Origin: Octopus vulgaris
Lineage: Eukaryota
Length of the DNA: 64,000 nucleotides
NCBI GenBank assembly: GCA_951406725.2
Contig: OX597826.1
Span: 50,468,001 to 50,532,000, forward strand
Direction: 5' to 3'
The number at the start of each line of letters is the position of its first letter. Within the stretch, counting starts at the first letter, position 1. Below, piece by piece: positions 38,734 through 49,111 of the stretch. The position numbers were made by a program, and so were the translations under genes. The notes beneath the pieces are model-generated. The model searched no databases. It had not been told where the DNA came from and saw only the letters and a program-made list of their open reading frames with translations.

Positions 38734-39197
38734 CAATGGTTCTCAACGGGGGTCTATATTAGATTTTGGGGGATCCACACTACGAAAATAGTAAATTGGG
38801 GATCCACAGTAGTATTTTAAGGATCCATGTAAAATTTTGATTTAGATATATATAAATATATATTACAAGAAACATTTCTTTCTCTGACGTTTTACGTAGT
38901 TCAACCTCTACATATTAATAACAAGATAAGAATTTTGAAAGCAGTATCTATAAAACTAGTTTCTAAATACCAAACAGCTATGAAGGTCCACTAGAATAAA
39001 ATAGTAATCAAAGGGGTCTAAAGATAAAAAATGGTTGTGAACCCCTGCTTTAGATGTATGTATTGGTATATATTGCAAGAAACAGCTAAGAATTATCTAT
39101 AAAACTAATTTTTAAACATCAAACGGTTATCAGGGTCCACTAGAATAAAATAGTAATCAAAGGGGTCCTTAGATAAAAAAATGATTGAGATTCACTG
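38734..39197. mobile_element. hAT (Charlie-type) MITE with duplicated right end; partial copy near 17859-18130
   Basis: CAATGGTTCTCAAC ... GTTGTGAACCCCTG (39047) and a second end ATTGAGATTCACTG (39197) after a repeated GGTCCACTAGAATAAAATAGTAATCAAAGGGGTC block. Confidence 0.7.
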
Positions 39198-40095
39198 CAC
39201 TAACCAATGCCTTGTGAAATACATCCAGCCATAGAAATCTTGGTAAAACAGACACTAGAGCTCAGCATAGCCTATTGAGCTATTCAGATACTGTCAAAGT
39301 GTTCAGTCTATGCTGGAATGGAATTCAGATGTATAATAATAATGATAATGATGCAGTTGATGCTGGCAGAAACGTTAGCACGCCGGGCGAAATGCTTAGC
39401 GGTATTTCGTCTGCGTTACGTTGTAAGTTCAAATTCTGCCGAGGTCGACTTTGCCTTTCATCCTTTCGGGGTCGATAAATTAAGTACCAGTTACGCACTG
39501 GGGTCAATGTAATCGATTTAATACCTATGTCTGTCCTTGTTTGTCCCCTCTGTGTTTAGCCCCTTGTGGGTAATAAAGAAATAGGTATGTAGTGTGTATG
39601 TGCATGCATATGTGTGTGTATATATATATACATACATGTAGTGTTGTGACATCATCATCATTAGTTAACATTTAGCATGGGTTGGATAGGTTTATCAGAA
39701 TCTGTGCTCCAATGCCTGCTTTGGCATGGTCTCTACAGCTGGATGCTTTTCCTAACTGCACACATAGATTAATATCAGGCATCTGACTTGTAGAATGCCT
39801 GTGAAATTTCCCAGTGTGCTAATGTCTTAAGACAGCACTGTCCACCACATGCAATCAATGCGTGTGTGTGTGTGAGTATATATAAATGACAGGCTTCAAT
39901 AAAGTCTCCCTCTACCAAATACACTTACAAGACTTTGATTTACCAGGGGCTACAGTAGAAACACATAAGTTAATGTATAGTGGAATTGAACCTCATACCA
40001 TGTGGTTGCACAGCAAACCTTTTAACCATACAACCATGCCTGTACCAATGAAAGAGAGAGAGGTGCTTGTGTGTATGTGTGTGCATATATATATA

Positions 40096-40468
40096 TCATC
40101 ATCATCATAGTTTAGCGTCCGCTTTCCATGCTAGCATGGGTTGGACGGTTCAACTGGGGTCTGGGAAGCCAGGAGGCTGCACCAGGCCCAGTCTGATCTA
40201 GCAATGTTTCTATGGCTGGATGCCCTTCCTAACACCAACCACTCCGTGTGTGTAGTGGGTGCTTTTTACGTGCCACTGGCACAGGTGCCAGATGAGGCTG
40301 GCAAACGGCCATGATCGGATGGTGCATTTTATGTGCCACCAGCACGGGGGCAAGGCGAGGCTGGCAATGGCCACAATCGGATGGTGCTTTTTGCGTGCCA
40401 CCGGCACAAGGCCAGGCGGGGTGGCGCAGGCAACGGCCACATTCGGATGGTTCTCTTACGTACCACCG
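40096..40468 (-). mobile_element. RTE 3' UTR/tail copy
   Basis: Reverse complement of about 3030-3375. Confidence 0.85.
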
Positions 40469-42487
40469 ATACACACACACATATATATATATGCACACAC
40501 ACACACTAACAACATTCAGTGACACCTATGAGCAAAATGTAAATTTTATAACTTCGAAGCCTATTATGTCACCTGATGAAGTTTCTTCTGCATTGTGGGG
40601 AGCATTTGATTTCATTATATCATTTCCCACCCAGTAGAGACCAGTGCAGAAGTTTACTGAAATGATTGTTGTGATAAATAAAGTTTCTAGTACACTCTTG
40701 TCTTCCATAAACACCAGTTGCTGATGTCACCTAACTCTAGACCAATGAAATTTTACCTCCGATCACAACCAAACTTCAGTAAATATAACAAAATGACGCT
40801 TTAAGAGAATCAACCTGGAACAGCTGATGACCGTTCCCCACAGGGAAGTCAACCAGGCAGAATGACAAACTTGACCACCAGAAAAATAAGACGTCAACAG
40901 TACTTTAATGAATCAAAAATCAGATCCATTCACAGAAAAAAATTATAAATACACTGGATTCCAAAAAAACCCTGTTACAAGGAAAAATCCCTGTAACAAA
41001 ACTCTTTTTTTACTCTCTTCATGTCTCACTTGTTTTTCTCCTTCTTAACTCAGTATGACCAAACCTTTGGTGATCCACATTTCTTATCAATCATTTCTAA
41101 CACTATCAAATTTTGTGCATTTAAACAAGATGAAAAAATATTGTTGAAACTAGTTTGGCAAATATGTAAATAAATTTATTTAAAAAAAATTACAAGTTTT
41201 TCAAATTCAGGTGCATTTTCAACAACAAATTTTTCTCAATTTTTTCTTCCAAGAAGAGTCCATTTTCAGGAAAATGAAAAACAGAAATTAATGAGACAGT
41301 GGTGTGTTACATCTATATTCAAAAGCTAACTATAAATATATATTCTTTTACTTGTTTCAGTCATCTGACTGCAGCCATGCTGGAGCACCACCTTTAAGGA
41401 TTTTTTGAAGCAAAGAAATCAACCCCAGGACTTATTCTTTGTAAGCCTAATATATAATCTTGCATTTTAAAATACCTTAGATCTCTCCGTTTTCAAACTT
41501 AATGATGATGATGATTATGATATATACATGATGGGTTTCTTTCAATTTTCATCTACCAAATCCACTCAAGAGTTTAGCCAGCCTGAGGCTATAGTAGAAG
41601 TATGAGTACAAGTCAGTAAAACAAAATATGCAGAGCTGCACATGCTAAATAATTGCACATTTACACACATAAATGCACAATGCCCTGTTGGTGTTGTTAA
41701 AATTCCTATGAAAAGGACTTGGATCTATAGACAAAAAATAAAGAAATAAAATTCAAAAACATACACACATATATATATATATACATATATGCATGCAGGA
41801 TTTTGCTGTTGTTGAATTCTCTCATTGAATGCAGGTTCAGCAAGATGCAGCTGCAGCAAGGTGTTCGTGCCTTTATTTCTGCAGAGCAACTTGCACAATG
41901 ATATTATTATAGTAGACATCATTTGTGCAGAGCTAGTCCCATTTTTTTGTCTTTCAAACTTGTATTGGTCTGGTGTAGCAACTGCCACAAGCTCTGTAGT
42001 TATTAGGATTTGTATGGAGTTACCTTCTCTTAGATAAGAGCCCTGGGTCAAATGAAGTATCTGTAAGTGACCGTCTTCTGGAGTTAATTCTGTGACATGC
42101 TAATTAATCCATAAGCACCCTGAGAGATGCTTCTGTTCCAGGGGCAAAGTGTAGACCTGAGAGCATTAGTGACTAAGAAGTAATTTTACACTCCTCAAAA
42201 CACTAGTGTTTTAAGTGAAGTAAGAAGCTCACTTTGGAACTGCATAGTGGTGAGTTAAATTTCAGTGGCGACTGCTCATTGATCTCTTCTACTATAACCA
42301 CAAGTTGGCTAATACTGTCCCACTAGCAGATACACTTATAATCATGCATACATACCTCAGCAATATTTGAATTCAGAACATAAAGAGTTGGAAAAGTGCT
42401 GCAAACCACAACGTCCAACATGCCTTACAATTCTGCCAGCTTGCTGCCTTTGTTTAAAATGTTGGCATGATGGCAGCAATCTTTTTG

Positions 42488-42834
42488 TTTGCCAGCACCG
42501 CCCCGACTGGCCTCCATGCCGGTGGCACGTAAAAAGCACCATCCGATCGTGGCCGTTGCCAGCCTTGCCTGGCCCCCGTGCCGGTGGCACGTAAAAAGCA
42601 CCATCCGTCCGTGGCTGTTTGCCAGCCCCATCTGGCACCTCTGCGGGTGGCACGTAAAAAGCACCCACTACACTCACAGAGTGGTTGGCGTTGGGAAGGG
42701 CATCCAGCCGTAGAAACACTGCCAGATCAGACTGGGCCTGGTGCAGCCTTCGGGCTTCCCAGACCCCAGTTGAACCGTCCAACCCATGCTAGCATGGAAA
42801 GCGGATGCTAAATGATGATGATGATGATGATGAT
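42488..42834 (+). mobile_element. RTE 3' UTR/tail copy
   Basis: Matches about 3068-3375, including GGTGGCACGTAAAAAGCACC subrepeats and the (ATG)n tail. Confidence 0.85.
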
Positions 42835-43275
42835 ATGATTTCAAGGTTCAACTGATACTTAACTTATTGACCCTGCTAGAAGAAAGGTAAAGTTGACCTC
42901 AGTAGAATTTGAATTCAGAATGTAAAGGGCCTGAAGAAATGTCCCTGAGCATTTTGCCTGATGTGCTAATGATTTTGCCCACCCACAGCCTTAGTCCTTA
43001 AGCATTTAAACTGGCCATATTCTACCAGTTTTATGTTCAAAGTGGCCAGATCCAGCCTCTTACACTTACACTACGATGTCATTTTAAAAATTGAAATCTT
43101 GAAGTTATGAGACAAAGTACAATTAATTCAAAACAATGTGAATAAATAAGCATTACATTTGACAGAGTAAAGCTAAAGGGTTAAAGACCAACTTTAACAT
43201 ATTATGTGGGTGAGAGAGAGTTGACCGGGAGGTCATGGAGGTCGTCTAAGTGTGCTGATGCTGATCAGGATGGTA

Positions 43276-43342
<67 letters not shown>

Positions 43343-43743
43343 AAAACTACTAGTACATTATAGGATCATAAGATTCTAAAAAGCAGTGACTAAGATATAA
43401 AATTTCAGTTCCTGTTATTGTCATTTCAGAAAAATCTTCCAAAAATTTCCCAGATCCAAAAGACGAGAGACATAGAGCTTTGTAAGTGGGCAACTTAATA
43501 GGCATCTAAGTTCAGGATGAAGTTGAGGAAGTGCTTGGTATGTCACTGATGTTTACAAGGCCTTGGTCAGAATATGTATGTAATCTGATCAAATCCCTGA
43601 TGTTAGTTAGCACTCTTGGCATGAATTTACAATCTGAGTTCAGGAAGCTCACTTTGGAACCACATGGTGAGGAGTTCAATCTCAATGTAGAGACTGCTCA
43701 TTCATTTCTTCTACTATAACCATGGGTTGGCTTATATACATTA

Positions 43744-43791
<48 letters not shown>

Positions 43792-44126
43792 TACATACAC
43801 GCAGATACATACCAGCTACAGGCAAATAATGAGCAAGGTACCTTTCGAAAAGTCATCTGACAGAGCACATCAGCACTGACTGGTGTACCACAACCATTTG
43901 TACAAAATCATCTGACTTGTCACCTTACTTTGTCGATTAAGCATGGGGTAATCTTTCTCTACCTAGTTGTTATGGCAATAGAAGTTACGCAAGGTTTGAG
44001 AACAGAACTTTTCCTCTCAAACCAAACACTCAGCAACTGCTGACCCTAACTGATACACTGACTGTTGCAACGACAACTACACTCAACTCCAAGATCCTTG
44101 ATCCACAATGCAGAAGATAGCTACAT

Positions 44127-44445
44127 TTATTTTATTTATGCACCCTTTTCAAGCCTAGCCAGGCTCATGGGCCTGGTTTCCTGGTTTCTGTGGCATATGT
44201 GTTCCCCCCAGCTGGATGGGACACCAGTCCATCGCATCATTACTCAAGAAACAGGAAGAGAGAGAGTGAGAGAAAGTTGGGGCAAAAGAGTACAACAGGG
44301 GTCACCACCACGCCCTGCCGGAGCCTCGTGGAGCTTTTAGGTGTTTTCGTTCAATAAACACACACAACGCCCGGTCTGGGAATCGAAACCGCGATCCTCC
44401 GACTGCGAGTTCGCTGCCCTAACCACTGGGCCATTGCGCCTCCAC
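44127..44445 (-). mobile_element. Full-length tRNA-derived SINE (head as 8416, third tail type) with 12-bp TSD
   Basis: TSD AGATAGCTACAT (44115-44126, 44446-44457) and an (AAAAT)n tail. Confidence 0.9.
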
Positions 44446-46063
44446 AGATAGCTACATATTAATACTTTATTCTGAGATTAGGGTATATGCATTATCCAGT
44501 ATTACTGTCTTTATTGTGAAGGAGATAAATCCAATGGCAAGGGTAACATAAAATGACTGGTACTTCCTTTTGGCTGCAGGAAGCTACAAGAAATCCAGAC
44601 CATCACAAACTACATTAACCCTTTAGCATTCAGATTACTCTCGAATGCACCACCACCACCACTGCCGCCACCACCACCACCGCCATCATCATCATCATCA
44701 TAATCTAATATCTGTTTTCTATGCTGGCAAGGGTTGGATGGTTTGATCAGAGCTGGTAAGGCCAGTGGCCATACCAGGCTCCATTGCCTGTTCTTGCAAG
44801 GTTTCTATGGCTGGATGCTCTTCTTAACCCCAACCACTCCACAGAATGTACTGACATGTAATGCATATGTAATTCATATAGTTTTGAATTAAACCATGCA
44901 TTATCTTGTGGCTTCAAGATTTTGATGATGTGATTGTTTATCTTTAGAATAACATTGTATAGTATGCGTGAGAGGCCAGATCTGACCAGTTTAAACACTG
45001 AAGGGTTAAAGCTGACCTCCTTGTTTTTCTCTCAGGTTATACTTCTAAGCCTTTCTTTTCCTGGATTCATACCCACAAGGCAACAGGACAGGAGTTGATA
45101 AGTGTTAGGGCATATCCACCAGAGCGGGTTAGCCTGCCTACTGGGTCTCTGGAGCTCAATGCTGTTCCTGAGATTTGCCAAGTTAGTCTTAGGCCTGTAA
45201 AGCACCTGGTTATCATTATTGGCCATGGAAAGGTAGGATAAGAGTCCTTGTGAGGGAGGGGCTATATACTAGAAGGGAAGATTTACACACACACACAAGA
45301 ATACTTCTTATTTCTTTATTGCTTACTAGGGGCTAAACATAGAGGGGACAAACAAGGACAGACAAAAGGAGTAAGTCGATTATATCGACCCCAGTGTGTA
45401 ACTGGTACTTAATTTATTGACCCCAAAAGGATGAAAGGCAAAGTTGACTTCGGCGGAATTTGAACTCAGAACATAATGGCAGACAAACTACCTATTTCTT
45501 TACTACCCACAAGGGGCTAAACACAGAGAGGACAAACAAAGACAGACAAATGGATTAAGTCGATTATATCGACCCCAGTGCGTAACTGGTACTTATTTAA
45601 TCAACCCCGAAAGGATGAAAGGCAAAGTCGACCTCGGCAGAATTTGAACTCAGAACGTAACGTTAAATGATGGTGATGATGATGAACATCATCTTCATCA
45701 TCAACATTTAATGTCTGTTTTACATGCTGGCATGGGTTACATGGTTTGACAGGAGCTGGCTAGGCAGAAGACTTGTCTGTTTTGGCATGGTTTTTATGGC
45801 TGGATGCCCTTCCTAATACCAACCACCTTACATCTTACAGAGTTGACTAAGTGCCCTTTACATGGCACCAACACTGGCGCGGTCTGTTTTGACATGGTTT
45901 TTACGGTCGGATGCCCTTCTTAATGTCATCCACTTTGCAGACTGGCCTGGGTGCTTTTTACGTGGCACCAGTACCGGCAAGATCATACATACATAACAGA
46001 CACACACACAAACTTCAGTTCAATAATGAATTTATCTCCGTTATTCGACCCAATACGTTTTAC

Positions 46064-46220
46064 CAGTGTCTGTTTTAGTTTCGTATTGATACGAATATAA
46101 ATTACACTTTCGCTGATTTTGCTTCTCATAGAAATTAGAATAATTATACGGTTCATTGAACTGGTCATATTTACCCTCAGAAATGACCCTTGTGTGTAGT
46201 TTAAAGAGATCAATAATATA
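46064..46220 (-). CDS. Tentative early exon of the minus-strand gene
   Basis: Acceptor tttttgattgatctag, donor CTG|gtaaaa. Two frames are open (YIIDLFKLHTRVISEGKYDQF...TKTDT or MTSSMNRIII...KQTL). CpG retained, and it lies just downstream of the promoter-like cluster. Confidence 0.35.
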
Positions 46221-46688
46221 CTAGATCAATCAAAAATCACTTTATGAGCCCTTCCCATAAAAATATGACTAAGAATGGTGTGAATATTTGTCAGATGCAG
46301 TACACATACACATGTATTTGTGTAGGTAAATGTGCGTGAATACGCGCGCGCCCATGTATGTATGTATATATGTATAATTGTATAAATACGTGTGTATATT
46401 TTGTAAATTTGTATACACAAGAGTTACTCATGCATTTTTTTATTTATATAAACACACACATGGTTTGTTTTAATGTATAGTTATATAGTTATGTATAAAA
46501 TCAAGCATTTATTGAAAGATCAATGAACACATTTAATTAGTATATCACATTTATTATGTTTACAAGGTAAAAGTTGATAGTGACATCGAAGTTTCGGTTC
46601 CGGTGCCTTCCTTCTTTTGACAATCTCACGAAGGCAATAGAACCAAAACTTCGAAATCACTATCAATCTTTTGTAAGCATACAGTAAT

Positions 46689-46753
<65 letters not shown>

Positions 46754-46934
46754 CGCGTGTGTGTTTGCATATCGAGTGGTGAGCAAGTTCGAGAAATTTA
46801 TTTTTACTAATTAGAAAATATAAGTCAGATTTTGCCCTTCTTTTTCTTTTTTCTTCTTAGTACGGGAGAAGAAAACAACGCACACAAAGATATAAGAAAC
46901 ACCAAAAACTACAAAAGAAAAACCGTAAAAAAAG

Positions 46935-47085
46935 GAAAGGAAGGCCATTTTGAAGATTATGAAACTTCCAACCAATCAGGTTCGCAACCACTGAAGGAAG
47001 TGCTCGGGCCATTTTATTTACAACCACAGTCGTTGTTAAACAGCTAATTTCAACTTTCTGATACACTTTTTTCTCCAATGAACGA
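46935..47085. promoter_or_regulatory. Candidate, possibly bidirectional, promoter
   Basis: Two GGCCATTTT YY1-type motifs (near 46943 and 47007), CCAATCAG (46972), ETS-type ACTTCC/GGAAGTG (near 46964 and 46996) and a second CCAAT (near 47075). Lies at the start of a SINE-free, CpG-retaining zone (about 46-52 kb). Confidence 0.45.
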
Positions 47086-48013
47086 CGATAAAAACTTGCC
47101 AAAAAGTTGAATGCTAATTCTCCATAAAGCAAATATATATATATACCTCACACAATATATATATATATATGTTTTTGGCTATGAGTCGGTTGTCTATATC
47201 AGTGTGACAAGACTTGTTTGTTACCTATTTCGTTGGTAAAATCCCGACCACAATACTTTCGTCAGCTGCTACTGCAATTTGTCAAGTTTCTTTTAACTGT
47301 TCAACCTTTCTTTTTCCGTCTATTTCCACTCCTTCTTCTTATTGTTCTTTTAACTCCGACCCTTGCTGTCTCCCTCTCTCTCCCTCCATGCATGTGTCAT
47401 TACTGACGAGGTACCTTCGCCACTAATTACATTCACCTCTTCAGACATTCGTACACCCTTCTTATTCTTTTATATTCTTTCTCTCTCTCTCTCTCTCTCT
47501 CACACACTCACTTTAGTTGCCACTACAGATGGGTTCGAACTAATTGAATCCATTCAGTTCACCCTCTTTTAAACACGACTGTTTCCCCACCCCCGCTTCT
47601 TATATCTTCCTGTTGGGGGAGAGACAGAGAGACAATATGACAAAAGAAAGGGGAGAAAGTAGTCAGTCAATAACAGTTTAAATAATACAATCAGTCACAT
47701 ACTGAACATAAAAACCTAATAATACCCCCACCTCCTCATCAAAAAGATAAAAAGAAAAAATATATATTTTATTAGAATAAATTATTTAGCTAGGTTTATT
47801 ATCTTTTATTTCTCCTTGATGTACCCCCTCCAACCCCCAAAAATTACTAAGTCCAAAAATTATTAACTCAGTTATTTCATTTCGTTATTTATTGTGGTCT
47901 GGGTAACCAGCTGAGGTCATCTATGTCTCAGTTGACCGCTTAATATCCACAGCACTTTGGCCTTGTCTCGCTTCCCGTTCTTTTCTTTACCATATAGCTT
48001 CGCTGATATATAT

Positions 48014-48068
<55 letters not shown>

Positions 48069-48139
48069 CATGCACCATTGAAGTGTATGAGCGTTTTATT
48101 TACACGCCAATTCCACCGACGACACAAAGCAAATCTTAC

Positions 48140-48292
48140 TAACCATTATCATCGGCGTAGTCGCCGTCATCATCATCATCATCATCATCACCATCATCAT
48201 AATACAATTGCAATTACTACTACTACTATTGCCACCACTATTACCATTGCTGCTGTTACTGCTGCTACTACTACTACTACTACTACTACTGA
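48140..48292 (+). repeat. (CAT)n/(TAC)n trinucleotide tracts, probably in the 5' leader of the GAB-like gene
   Basis: Direct reading. It produces the spurious poly-H/poly-T ORF. Confidence 0.8.
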
Positions 48293-49009
48293 TAGTGTGT
48301 TCTGCCACCGCAACTAAATTATAAGCTTCCGTCGGCACCGCTGCTCTTTCTGGTGGCAACTACTTCCCACCAAATATCTTCGTCCCACACTTCTGTTTAA
48401 TAATGTTTTTTTAAATCTATTTTTTAAAATTACAAACACTCATCACCTTAAAATATATATATATACATACAAATATACACACATATATATTCCAACCTCG
48501 GTCCTGTACTTGTTTAATTAGCATTGTTTAATTACACCTCTCTATCTATCCTTCCTTATAATTCCGAAAAGGAAGTGTGTGTATATACATATATATATAT
48601 ATATATACTTGCTTGCTAGAGAAGGAACACTAAGCCGTATATATTTTGGTTTGAGAAGAGACAAAAAAAAAAAGGAATCGCGACGAAGTATACTACGAAA
48701 ATAAATTAGAAGAGACAAGACGGAGATCTGTTTTTATAAGACGGTAAAAAGAAAGGAATTTGTTTACATTAAATGGATTACATTTTGATGTGAGGAAAAA
48801 TATACCCGCTTCAATTTTTCTCTGGATAATTTGTCTACGATGATGGTTATATTACGAGGAAATACCAGAAATATATATAACTAGATCATTTAAAACATAT
48901 ATATATATATATATAATTTATGTGTGCCTATGTATACGTATGTGAGTGTATGTGTTCATTTGAAAGTAAATTTGAGAGGCGATAAGGCCATAAAAGAAAT
49001 TAAGGCAAT

Positions 49010-49111
49010 ATGAACAAACTAGATTCTATATTACATTCGGGATGGATGGTGAAATCCCCTCCACACCAAGATCAACATAAGAAGTTAGGATCATGGAAAC
49101 TATTCCAGCCT
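49010..49111 (+). CDS. GAB: First coding exon of a GRB2-associated binder (GAB/Daughter of sevenless) family adaptor, N-terminal PH domain (MNKLDSILHSGWMVKSPPHQDQHKKLGSWKLFQP)
   Basis: SGWMVKSPP directly after the start Met matches the GAB1/DOS PH beta-1 motif (SGWLRKSPP / EGWLIKSPP). Consensus donor CCT|gtaagt at phase 0, just before the expected W-K/R-RRWF strand. Too short for the ORF track. No downstream exon recognised in the window. Confidence 0.85.

Noticed and set aside
40526-40714. Minus-strand signal-peptide-like ORF (MEDKSVLETLFITTIISVNFCTG...)
   Set aside because: Only weak donor sites, no recognisable family and no phase-linked partner exon.
43430-43481. Plus-strand exon-like segment (tcatttcag ... 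gtaagt)
   Set aside because: Isolated, with no + strand gene context between the poly(A) site at 16.3 kb and the promoter-like cluster at 47 kb.
48078-48359. Poly-His/poly-Thr or poly-Ser protein
   Set aside because: Trinucleotide tracts without splice signals or a credible start, and open on both strands for compositional reasons.
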